Shown: piece after piece, positions 41,477 to 51,446 of the stretch
Numbering within the stretch: position 1 is the stretch's first letter
How the letters are laid out: each line of letters starts with the position of its first letter
Origin: an uncultured Verrucomicrobiae bacterium
GTDB taxonomy: Bacteria; Verrucomicrobiota; Verrucomicrobiia; Limisphaerales; JAFGQR01
Length of the DNA stretch: 64,000 nucleotides
Direction: 5' to 3'
Assembly: GCA_963788655.1 (NCBI GenBank)
Contig: CAWBHS010000110.1
Coordinates: 96,001 to 160,000, forward strand
Program-made: the position numbers and the translations under genes
The notes under the pieces: generated by a model
Told to the model about the DNA's origin: nothing
Databases searched by the model: none
What the model saw: only the letters and a program-made list of their open reading frames with translations

Positions 41477-43888
41477 TCAAGACACTGACCTCCGTATTGG
41501 GCGGCCTCGCACTGGTCGCGGGCTTTAACTTCGGTATTAGCTCCATCGCATCCGCCGCGGAAAATGCGGCCGGTCCGGTCAAGCTTACCGTTCATGTCGA
41601 TCAACCTGGCCACCCGGTCAGTCCCACACTTTGGGGCATCTTCTTCGAAGACATTAACTGTTCCGCGGACGGCGGCATTTACGCCGAGATGGTCCGGAAC
41701 CGCTCGCTCGAGGACACGGACAAGCCGGAATACTGGTCCCCGGTTGGCAGTGGCTTGGCGGACGTGGAACTGGCGGTGGATTCGACGGAGCCAATGAGCG
41801 CCGAAAAATCCGCATTCACTCAAGGTAACCATTGCCAAGGCTGGTGCTGGCCGTGCCGGCGTGGCAAACGACGGCTACTGGGGCATGTCCGTCGTCAAAG
41901 GGGACACCTACGAACTGTCGCTCAACGCACGCGGCGCCGACGACTTCGCCGGGCCATTGAACCTCTCGCTCGAAAGCGACGACCGCGTCGTGTATGCGCA
42001 AGCGCGGATCCCGAGCCTAAGCCACCAGTGGAAGGCTTATCGATTCTCGCTGACCGCTCAAGGCACCGATCCCAAAGCGCGGCTCGTCATCAGCACCACC
42101 CAACCGGGCACGTTCTGGCTCGATATGGTTTCGCTCTTTCCCCGGAAGACGTGGAAGGGCCATGGCCTGCGCACCGACCTGATGGAAATGCTCGCCGGAC
42201 TCAAGCCCGCCTTTGTGCGGTTTCCTGGCGGCTGCTGGGTGGAAGGCGACACGATGAAATACGCGTACCGCTGGAAGGAAACCATTGGCGATCTTTCCGA
42301 ACGGCGCACGCAATACAACATCTGGCAGTATTACGCGACGCACGGCATCGGTTACCATGAGTATCTCCAAATGGCCGAAGACCTGGACGCTGAACCGCTC
42401 TTTGTCATCAATTGCGGCATGTCGCATCGCGAAGTCGTGCCCATGGATAAAATGGATGAGTTCGTGCAGGACGCGCTGGACGCCATCGAATACGCCAACG
42501 GCCCGGTGACCAGCCACTGGGGGGCGTTGCGCGCGAAGAATGGTCACCCCGCGCCATTCCATTTGAAGTACCTGGAAATCGGCAACGAGAACGGTGGCCC
42601 CGCCTACCAGGAACGTTATCCGCTCTTTTACGACGCCATCCGTGCCCGTTACCCGGAGATGGTTCTTGTTGCGGACGGGCGCACCGAGAAACGCCCGGCG
42701 GACGTTGTCGATGAACATTATTACAGCAATCCCGAGTTCTTCATCCAACACGCCGGCCGCTATGACAACTACGACCGGACTGGGCCCAAGATATATGTGG
42801 GCGAATACGCTGTGACCCAAGGAGCCGGCCAGGGCAGTCTGCGCGGTGCGATTGGTGAAGCCGCGTTCATGACCGGGATGGAGCGCAACTCCGACGTGGT
42901 CACCATGGCTTCCTACGCGCCGCTGTTCGCCAATGTGCATTACAAGAAATGGAACCCGGACCTGATTTGCTACGACAGTTCGCGGGTGTATGGCTTGCCC
43001 AGCTATTACGTGCAGCAGATGTTCAGTCAGCATCGCGGCGACGTGGTGCTGCCGGTGGACCTCGATGCCCCAGTGATCAGTAGCGGTCCAACGGGCGGCG
43101 CCATCGGCGTGGGCACCTGGATGACGCAGGCCGAATTCAAAGACATCAAGGTAACGCGCAATGGCCAGGCTCTTTATTCCTGCGACTTTGCCGACGGCAC
43201 CCAGGGCTGGAAACTGCTGGGCGGCGGCGAATGGAACGTCCAGGACGGAATGCTGCGCCAGAACAGTCCCAAGGAAAACATCCGCGCCATTACCGGCGAC
43301 AAGAACTGGACGGATTACACCTATTCGCTTAAAGCCCGCAAACTGGGCGGGGCCGAGGGATTTCTCATCCTGTTTCGGGTGCAGGACGAAAACGCCAAGT
43401 CCTGGTGGAACCTCGGCGGCTGGGGCAACCGACGTCACGCGGTCGAGATGGGCGGGATCATCGGCAATGAAGTACCGGGCCGGATTGAGACGGGTCGCTG
43501 GTATGACATCCGCATCGTCCTCAGCGGCGGGAACGTCAAGTGTTACCTCGACGGCAAGCTGATGCACGACGTGGATTATCCTTCGATGAAGTCCATTTAC
43601 GCCTCCGCCACGCGGGACAACCACAAGGGCGAAGTGATCGTCAAAGTCGTCAACGTGGACAGCCAACCGCACGCAACCGCGATCCAATTGGACGGCGTAT
43701 CTCAAGTGAACGGCCCGGCCCAAGCCATCGTGTTGACCGCTGCAAACCCTACCGCGGAGAATTCCCTGGCTGATCCCAAGAACGTGGTTCCGAAGGCCGA
43801 GACACTGAAGCTCAACGACGCCACCTTCCAGCATACGTTCCCCGGCAACTCGGTGACCGTACTGCGCATTCCGTCCAAAGCGAAGTGA
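41473..43888 (+). CDS. Secreted alpha-L-arabinofuranosidase, GH51 (indel(s) near 41800-41860)
   Basis: Signal peptide, GIFFEDINCSADGGIYAEMVRNRS, then RFPGGC, EIGNENG, DEHYY, YVGEYA, ERNSDVV, YAPLF. Confidence 0.9.
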
Positions 43889-43892
43889 CCCC

Positions 43893-44623
43893 CAACGTGC
43901 TGCCGGCATCCTGCCGGCAGACCGAACGTGGCAATCGCAGTCGAACTGAGGATGGATGTTGGTGCGCACTCCCCGCGTCCGGTTCTTCCGGCGAGACGCC
44001 GAAAGCACGTTGTCAGCGTGCTGCCGGCATCCTGCCGGCAGACCGAACGTGAAGATTACGTTCGAATTGAGAACCAAGTCTGTGCGCACTTGCCACGCCC
44101 TGGCGGTGAATGATGTCCACATCGTGAACGAATCACCGATGGCTTCCAAACCTCGCGTAGCGTTTGGCGTGCGCCCGGCTTGCCGGCGCTTTCGGATAGG
44201 AACAAGCGATAAAACACATGCGATGCACCCCGCTTCAATGCGGCACCCCGGCACCAAACGAAAGCGGGAGCAAGCTCCGCGCACTCCAAACGCTGGCGCG
44301 ACTCATTGACCACCTTTCCAATGCGAGCGCCCACTATACGACCCCAACCCCAGCGTGCTGCCGGCGTCCCGCCGGCAGTTTGGAACGAAAGCTTCAATTA
44401 AGGACCAATGACCAAAATCCAAGCACCAGCGAATGCCCAAGGTCCAATGACCAATTGCCAACCAACCGGCAGCAATCGCTTGAACGTATGTTGGACCTTG
44501 GGCTTTGGGCCTTCTTTGGCCATTGGGCATTTATCCTTGGTCATTTTGCAGCGACTGCGGTCCAAAAAACAGTTGCTCGCCTCCTTCCATCCGTTCCTGC
44601 CAGCGGGACGCTGGCAGCACGTT
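43893..44623. repeat. Mosaic cluster of at least three palindromic repeat families
   Basis: cgtgctgccggcatcctgccggcag units at 43896, 44017 and 44354, inverted at 44597. Pair tttggcgtgcg...gcgcttt / aaagcgggagcaagctcc...tccaaa at 44153-44301. Heptamer-repeat inverted arms at 44404-44547. Confidence 0.85.
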
Positions 44624-44704
44624 TAACAGCCTTCTTCTCTTCAGCCGGCCCAATAAAAATTGGTTTGTCGGACCGAGTGGCCTGCGGCAAGCTCACGCTT
44701 CCTT

Positions 44705-46032
44705 ATGCAGCAAGTAAACATAGGCATGATTGGTGGCGGCACGGTGGGCAGCGGCGTGTTTCATCACCTGCAACGCAACGGGTCCCTGATGGCGTCGCGC
44801 CTTGGCGTCAAAGTCAGCCTTCGCCGAGTCGCTGTGAAGGCCTTCGACGAACCCCGACCTTATGACATTCCCCGCTCGTATCTGACGACCGACTGGAAAA
44901 GCGTGGTGGCGGACCCCAAGGTCCACGCCATCATTGAACTGGTCGGCGGCACCACGCTCGCCCGCACCATGATGCTGGCGGCGCTGCAAGCTCGGCAAAC
45001 CGGTCATCACCGCCAACAAGGCGCTGATTTCCGCCCACGGCGAGGAACTGTTTGCCGCTGCGCAAAAGTTCGGCACGAACCTTTACTACGAAGCCAGCGT
45101 GTGCGGCGGCATTCCGATCATCAAATCGCTGCGCGAAGGTTTCGTCGGCAACCGGATCACGCACATTTACGGCATCGTCAACGGCACCTGCAATTACATC
45201 CTCACCCGGATGAAGCTGGAGGGCGCCGATTTCGCCGAGGTGCTGGCCGACGCGCAACGCTGGGCTATGCCGAAGCCGAACCGCACCTGGACATCGACGG
45301 CTACGACTCGGAGCACAAGACCGGCATCCTGGCCTCGCTGGCGCACGGGTTCTGGGTCAAGCCCAAAGAGATTCACGTCGAAGGCATTCGCCACATTTCG
45401 CGGTTGGACATGCAATACGCCCAGCAGCTTGGCTACACGATCAAGCTGCTGGGCATTGTGAAACAAGACGGGCAAAAGCGAGTCCGCCGGGAACGGATCC
45501 GCTGATTCAAGTTTCCGTCTATCCCGCGCTGATTCCGAACGCCCACGTGCTGGCCAGCGTGAACGATGTGTTCAACGCGGTGTTCGTGCGCGGCGACATC
45601 GTGGGCGACACGTTGTTTTACGGACGCGGCGCCGGCAAAGACGCCACCGCCAGCGCCGTGTTGAGCGACATGGCGGATGCGGCGCTGGACTTGAAGCCAT
45701 GGCACCAAGCATCGCGTTGCCGCCGTTCGTGCCGCACGCACGCGCAAGGCGCCGTGCGCCGATCGGTGAAGTCGTGTCGCGGTACTTTGTCCGGTCTGAA
45801 CGTGGTGGACCGACCGGGCGTGCTGGCCAAAATTGCCGCCATCTTTGGGCGGACGCAACATCGGCATTTCCTCGGTCATCCAACCGGAAGGCCATGAAGG
45901 TGAAAGCGTGCCGTTGATTCTGATGCTGCACGACGCGACCAACGGCGCGATGCAAAAGGCGTTGGCCAAAATCGCGCGACTGGCCGCCGTCAAAGCAAGC
46001 CGGTGATGATCCGGGTCGAGAACTTCGAGTAA
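44705..46032 (+). CDS. hom: Homoserine dehydrogenase with C-terminal ACT domain; multiple indels
   Basis: GGGTVGSG, ELVGG, VITANKA, YEASVCGGIP, GIVNGTCNYIL, GYAEAEP..DIDG, YGRGAGKDATASAVLSD, DRPGVLAKI. Confidence 0.9.
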
Positions 46033-46072
46033 GGCAACGCGGAGGCAGACGCAAAACCAGTTGATGCCATGT

Positions 46073-47437
46073 ATGGGCACCGTCCTGTTTCAAAGCACCA
46101 ATGGACATTCCGCCGCGGTCAATCTGCGCGAGGCGTTGTTGACCGGTCAGGCACCGGATCGCGGCTTGTATTTCCCGCAGGATATCCGCGGTTTACGGCT
46201 GAAGAAATCGCCGCGTTCGCCGAGATGCCGTATCACGAAATCGCGTTCCGCGTGCTCTGGCCAATGCACGAGGGCGCCATCCCCCCCCAGGCGCTGGCCG
46301 ACATGTGCCGCGAGGCATATGACTTTGACGTGCCCCTGGAAATCGGTCACGACCGCGTCCATGTCGATGCGACTGGATCGCGGACCGACGGCGTCCTTCA
46401 AGGATTTCGCGGCCCACATGATGGCGCGGATGATCGGACGCTTTGTGCGGGAGACGGGCAGACGCTGACCATTCTAACGGCCACCAGCGGTGATACTGGT
46501 TCCGCGGTGGCGACGCGTTTCACGACATGCCCGGCATCCGGGTCATTGTGCTTTTCCCGCTCGCGGAAGTCAGCGACCGCCAGCGCAAGCTAATGACCAC
46601 GCTTGCGCGGAAACATCCGCGCCATGGCGGTTGACGGCAAATTTGACGATTGCCAGGCGATGGTGAAACAGCGCATTTGCCGACCCGGCCTTGCGGCACA
46701 TTCCGTTGTCCTCGGCCAATTCCATCAACATCGGCCGGCTGCTGCCGCAGAGCTGTTTACTATTTTTATGCCGCCTCGCGGCTGGCCCAGCCGGGGGAAC
46801 CAATGGTGTTTGCCGTGCCAGTCCGGCAATTTTGGTGACATGATGGGCGCCGTCGTTGCCGGGAGATGGGGTTGCCGGTCAAACGAATCGTCGGTGCCGG
46901 TCAATGGCAACGACGAATTCCCCCACTTCCTCGCCACCGGCGAGTACCAAAAAATCGAGCCCGTCGCGCAACTGGCTTTCCAACGCGATGAATGTGGGCC
47001 ATCCCAGCAACCTGGCGCGCTTGGTGGCGGTCTATGGCGGGCAGATGGACGAAACCGGTGCGCTCCATCGAACGCCGGATATGGATGCCATGCGGCGGGC
47101 CCTGTTTTCGACGCCGGTCTCGGATGAACAAACTCAGGCCACGATCCGGGACGCTTGGGATCGGCACAAGCTGTTGCTCGAGCCGCACGGGGCCGTCGGT
47201 TGGCACGGATTCCTGGATTATCTGGATTGTGAACCGCTGGGCGACGCGCCGGTGGCCGTGCTGGAAACCGCGCATCCGGCCAAGTTCCCCGAGGAGATCG
47301 AACGTTTGCTCGGCTTTGCGCCGGAAACGCCGCCCGCCCTGGCCGCCCTGGATCAATTGGCCGAGGACTACGACATGATGCCCGTGGACGACGAGTATTT
47401 CCGGTCGTACCTGATTCACCAACACGCCGCGCAATAG
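46073..47437 (+). CDS. thrC: Threonine synthase; multiple indels
   Basis: GQAPDRGLYFP, GPTASFKDF (PLP Lys), TATSGDTGSAVA, GKFDDCQ, SANSINIGRL, SGNFG, SNAMNVGHPSN, ETAHPAKF. Confidence 0.9.
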
Positions 47438-47589
47438 ATCGCTTCCTGCATCCTTACACTGTCCGGGGTAAGGACTACCTGAGCGCGCCCCCCACTGGAC
47501 AAGCCGACCAACTGGCCCCAAATTGAACCATGGCCCTGCGGGGCCCCGGCGCATGCAATGAGGCGTCGGCACGTCGAAAGGATAGTGTG

Positions 47590-48183
47590 ATGGCTATGGT
47601 CAAGTTTGGTGATTTCGCGATGGTTTCGAGGCACAAACTTCTTCGCTCCTGCGGCACGGCGCTGTTGGGAGTTCTCGCCCCGGCAACAGTTTTCTTCAAC
47701 TCAATCCACGCGGCGCAAGTGGCTGAACATCCAAGTGCAATTTCCGCTGTCAACCGGCAAGCGGCAAGCGGTGCGGCCGTTGCTTCAGTTGCCGAGGCCA
47801 GACTGCAGCCGGCCGTTTGGTATTATCCCGCCACTCAAAAGTCGGTTAGCACGCCACTGGGCTTGCCGGTTGCTTACTCGTATTATCCACCCCAGAGTTA
47901 TCCGCCGCACCGGTTCAATCCATATCTTTACGATCCCTCGATCCGCAACCTTTACTCGTTGAATCGCCCCCTTAGCGACATGGACATTCGCCGGAACATC
48001 GACAATCGACTTTTCGACGACACCTTGCTGGACGCCACAAACATCCGCGTCAACGTGCGCAATGGCGTCGCCGTAATGACCGGGTCTGTGAATTACTGGG
48101 AATCGTTCTACCGGGCGGAACGTGATGCTTATATGGCTGGTGCCCGGCGGGTGATCAACCAATTGCGCGTCATCTATCGCTGA
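47590..48183 (+). CDS. Secreted BON-domain protein
   Basis: Signal-like N-terminus, Tyr/Pro-rich linker, SDMDIRRNI...IRVNVRNGVAVMTGSV...GARRVINQLRV. Start uncertain. Confidence 0.8.
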   Translation: MAMVKFGDFAMVSRHKLLRSCGTALLGVLAPATVFFNSIHAAQVAEHPSAISAVNRQAASGAAVASVAEARLQPAVWYYPATQKSVSTPLGLPVAYSYYPPQSYPPHRFNPYLYDPSIRNLYSLNRPLSDMDIRRNIDNRLFDDTLLDATNIRVNVRNGVAVMTGSVNYWESFYRAERDAYMAGARRVINQLRVIYR

Positions 48184-48204
48184 TACGGCCTGCGCGGTAT
48201 TCCC

Positions 48205-48364
48205 GGTAGGGCGAGACTCCGTCGAGCCCTGACTCTCCCGGAGGGTATTCGCAAATCCAAAACCGACCAACGGGAAATTGTGGGGGTTCGATACCCCGAA
48301 GGCTTTTTGCGGTTTCAGCTTATTGTGTTCGAAGACACCGCGGAGAAGTTAGGGCTCGACGGAA
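48205..48364. mobile_element. About 170-bp MITE/REPIN-like element, copy 2 (right arm truncated)
   Basis: ggtagggcgagactccgtcgagccctga ... agggctcgacgga; interior similar to copies 1 and 3. Confidence 0.78.
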
Positions 48365-48431
48365 CTACTGACTTCGTTGCGTCGGATTGCGTATGGCGTC
48401 GGGCGGGACGCCACGTTAAATTGGCGGCGCT

Positions 48432-50969
48432 ATGGCCGAACGGCTGCCCATTTACGAGATCGAGTCTGAATTGGTGATCCGGTTGAAATCCAACCGGCGC
48501 CTCATCCTGCAAGCACCCACCGGCTCTGGCAAATCCACCCAGGTGCCGCAGATGCTGCTGGAACACGGCTTCCTCGACCGCGGCCAGGTCGTCACCTTGC
48601 AACCCCGCCGGTTGGCGACGCGTTTGCTCGCCGCCCGCGTGGCGTCGGAACGCAACGTCGCCCTGGGACGCGAGGTGGGTTATCAAATTCGTTTTGAACG
48701 GGTCGCCAGTGCCGAAACCAAGATCAAGTTCGTCACCGAAGGTATTCTGCTGCGCCAGATGATCCAAGACCCGCAGCTGGCAGGCGTTCAAGCCCTAATC
48801 TTTGACGAATTCCACGAACGCCATCTTTACGGCGACATCACGCTGGCCCGAGCGTTGGATTTGCAGGAAACGTCCCGACCTGACCTGCTGATCATCGTGA
48901 TGTCCGCCACGTTGCAGGCCGGTTTTCTGGAGCAGTATCTGGCGCCGTGCTCGGTGCTGACGTCCGAAGGGCGCACGTATCCGGTCGATATCGAGTATGC
49001 GCTACGTCGTGCCGGGATGACCGCGCCCCCGGTTTGGGAACTGGCGGCCGCCGCGTTCAGCCAGCATGTCCGGACGGATGGCACCGGCGACGTACTGGTG
49101 TTCATGCCCGGTGGCTACGAAATCAGCCAGACCATCGAGGCCATCCGCCATTGCCCGGAAGCCAAGGGTTATCTGCTGTTGCCCTTGCACGGCGAACTAC
49201 CCACGCGCGACCAGGATGCCGCGGTGGCGCGTTACCAACAACCCAAGGTCGTCGTCTCCACCAACGTGGCCGAAACGTCGCTCACCATTGACGGCGTCCG
49301 GCTCGTCATCGACAGCGGCCTGGCGCGCATCCCGCGCTACGATCCGCACCGCGGCATCAACACGCTGTTCATCGAAAAAATCAGCCAGGCCTCGGCCGAT
49401 CAGCGCACCGGCCGCGCCGGCCGAACCGCGCCGGGACGTTGCGTGCGGTTGTGGTCCTCGCAGGAACACTGGGAACGGCCGGCGCACGAGTTGCCGGAAG
49501 TCAAACGGCTGGATTTGTCGGAAGTGGTGCTCACGTTGAAGGCAGTGGGCGTGACCGATTTGCGCCAGTTCCGCTGGCTGGAGCCGCCGACCGAGCAAAG
49601 CCTGGCCGACGCCGAAACGTTGTTGGTTGATTTGGGCGCGTTGGATCACCGGGGGTACATCACCGAAACGGGCCGCAAGATGTTGGCCTTTCCCGTGCAT
49701 CCCCGCTACGCACGCATGTTGTTGGCCGCGCAGGAATATAAATGTGTTTATCACGCGGCACTGGTGGCGGCGCTCACCCAGGGACGCGACCTCTTGATCC
49801 GCAAACCGGGCCGTGACGCCGAACAGTTTCGCGACGACAAATTCGGTGAACGGGCGCCTTCGGATTTCTGGATTTTGATGCGCGGCTGGAATTACGCGGC
49901 GCAAAACAATTTCAACCTCGACGCCTGCCGTAAAGCCGGGGTTCACGCGCTGACCGCCCGGCAAGTCGGCCCGTTGCACCAGCAATTCCTGCGCATTGCC
50001 CAGGACGAAGGGTTGGACATCCAACCGGGCTCCGTGCCGGACGCCGCGTTGCAGAAGTGCATTCTCATCGGTTTCTCGGACCGGGTGGCGCGTCGGCTGG
50101 ACGAAGGGACGCTGCGTTGTGAACTGGTCCATAATCGGCGCGGGGTGCTGGCGCGCGAAAGCGCCGTGCGCAACGTGCCGCTACTGGTGGCTGCCGAAAT
50201 TCGTGAGGTGGAGGGCGCGCAGAAATCCGTAAACACCCTGCTGTCGCTGGCGACGGCGATTGAGGCCGATTGGCTGAAAGAACTGTTCCCGGAAGATCTC
50301 GCGAGTGCCGTGAGCGTCCACTACGACAGCACCGCCAAACGGGTTTGCGCCGAGGAACAACTACGGTTCCGCGACCTGGCGCTTACTTCGCGCCGCGTCG
50401 AGACTCCCCCCGCGGACGCTGCCGCCCGCATCCTGGCCGAGGAAGTTATTCAAGGACGTCTGACGCTCAAGCAGTGGGACCATGGCGTGGACCAATGGAT
50501 TCTTCGCTTAAACCTGCTTAGCCGCTGGTGTCCCGAGTGCGAGTTGCCGCCCATCCTGGCCGAGGATCGTCGGCATTTGATCGAGCAGATTTGTCATGGC
50601 GCCGTTTCCTACAAAGACATCAAGGATCGCGAGGTCAAATCCACGGTCAAGTCCTGGCTGTCGCGCGCTCAACAAGACTTGGTGGACCAGCACACCCCGG
50701 AACGGCTGGCGTTTGCGAATGGCAAGAAGCCGAAGGTCACTTACGTGGCGGACGGGCATCCGTACATCGCGCTGCGGATTCAGGAACTGTATGAAGTGAA
50801 AAGGACGCCGCGCCTGGCCATGAACCGGGAGCCGGTGCTCATTCATATTCTGGCGCCCAACATGCGGCCCGTGCAAATCACCCAAGACCTCGAAGGCTTT
50901 TGGCGCGAGCATTACCCACGCGTCAAACAAGAGTTGCAACGCAAATACCCCAAACACGAATGGCGGTGA
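48432..50969 (+). CDS. hrpB: ATP-dependent DEAH-box RNA helicase HrpB
   Basis: APTGSGKST, QPRR, DEFHER, MSAT, STNVAETSLTI, QRTGRAGR, C-terminal RPVQITQDL..FW...RKYPKHEW. Confidence 0.95.
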   Translation: MAERLPIYEIESELVIRLKSNRRLILQAPTGSGKSTQVPQMLLEHGFLDRGQVVTLQPRRLATRLLAARVASERNVALGREVGYQIRFERVASAETKIKFVTEGILLRQMIQDPQLAGVQALIFDEFHERHLYGDITLARALDLQETSRPDLLIIVMSATLQAGFLEQYLAPCSVLTSEGRTYPVDIEYALRRAGMTAPPVWELAAAAFSQHVRTDGTGDVLVFMPGGYEISQTIEAIRHCPEAKGYLLLPLHGELPTRDQDAAVARYQQPKVVVSTNVAETSLTIDGVRLVIDSGLARIPRYDPHRGINTLFIEKISQASADQRTGRAGRTAPGRCVRLWSSQEHWERPAHELPEVKRLDLSEVVLTLKAVGVTDLRQFRWLEPPTEQSLADAETLLVDLGALDHRGYITETGRKMLAFPVHPRYARMLLAAQEYKCVYHAALVAALTQGRDLLIRKPGRDAEQFRDDKFGERAPSDFWILMRGWNYAAQNNFNLDACRKAGVHALTARQVGPLHQQFLRIAQDEGLDIQPGSVPDAALQKCILIGFSDRVARRLDEGTLRCELVHNRRGVLARESAVRNVPLLVAAEIREVEGAQKSVNTLLSLATAIEADWLKELFPEDLASAVSVHYDSTAKRVCAEEQLRFRDLALTSRRVETPPADAAARILAEEVIQGRLTLKQWDHGVDQWILRLNLLSRWCPECELPPILAEDRRHLIEQICHGAVSYKDIKDREVKSTVKSWLSRAQQDLVDQHTPERLAFANGKKPKVTYVADGHPYIALRIQELYEVKRTPRLAMNREPVLIHILAPNMRPVQITQDLEGFWREHYPRVKQELQRKYPKHEWR

Positions 50970-51013
50970 TGCGGACACTGGGTCAAGCTGGGTGCGCCCT
51001 ACCTCAAAGAAAT

Positions 51014-51116
51014 GCGGGAGCAAGCTCCACGCACTCCAAACGCTGCGCGAGATTGGGGCGGGCCAGCCGCAACGTCGCGCTAGCGTTTGGAGTGCGTCCG
51101 GCTTGCCGGCGCTTTC
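51014..51116. repeat. REP doublet of the same family as 44153-44301, with the arms in opposite order
   Basis: gcgggagcaagctccacgcactccaaacgct ... agcgtttggagtgcgtccggcttgccggcgcttt. Confidence 0.8.
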
Positions 51117-51210
51117 CCATGATGGGTGGCGTGGTTGGGTTTGTTGACGGCCTCGTAGCTTTGAGGCGCACGAGCAATTTGAAGGCGGCTTCGAACGCGC
51201 CCACCCCTCC

Positions 51211-51382
51211 GGTAGGGCGAGACTCCGTCGAGCCCAAACTTCCCCTCATTACGTTCGAAGACCGGAAACCGAAACTGCGGAAAGCCTCCAACCTTTCGAG
51301 AGCCAGCATTTTCCCTTTGGCCGCTTCACGTTTGGCGAACGCCCTCCGGGGAAATCAGGGCTCGACAGAGTCTCGTCCTACC
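51211..51382. mobile_element. About 170-bp MITE/REPIN-like element, copy 3 (inverted relative to copy 2)
   Basis: ggtagggcgagactccgtcgagccc ... cagggctcgacagagtctcgtcctacc. Confidence 0.8.
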
Positions 51383-51446
51383 ACATGCCGCGCAGTTTTT
51401 TACCACATCATCGTTTCAACCTTTCAACGCTTCAACCCCGTCCCCC

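Noticed and set aside
43896..44051. Two identical 35-bp palindromic repeats resembling a CRISPR array
   Set aside because: Only two copies, an 86-bp spacer, downstream sequences homologous to each other, related arms dispersed elsewhere, and no cas genes.
42017..44284. Long antisense or alternate-frame ORFs (also 20388-21998, 51424-53091, 59780-61098, 16451-17623)
   Set aside because: These are shadows of real high-GC genes with no recognisable motifs.
44625..44704. Threonine attenuator or riboswitch upstream of hom
   Set aside because: No Thr/Ile-rich leader peptide, terminator or recognisable aptamer.
43956..44865. ORFs in the repeat mosaic (also 50900-51469 and 55485-55845)
   Set aside because: They are translations of REP arms, e.g. 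AFGVRPACRRF and KREQAPRTPNA.
44705..47437. hom/thrC (and act, nuo, araB) as pseudogenes or programmed frameshifts
   Set aside because: Motifs are undegraded, indels are clustered and I saw no consistent slippery sites. Assembly error is more parsimonious.
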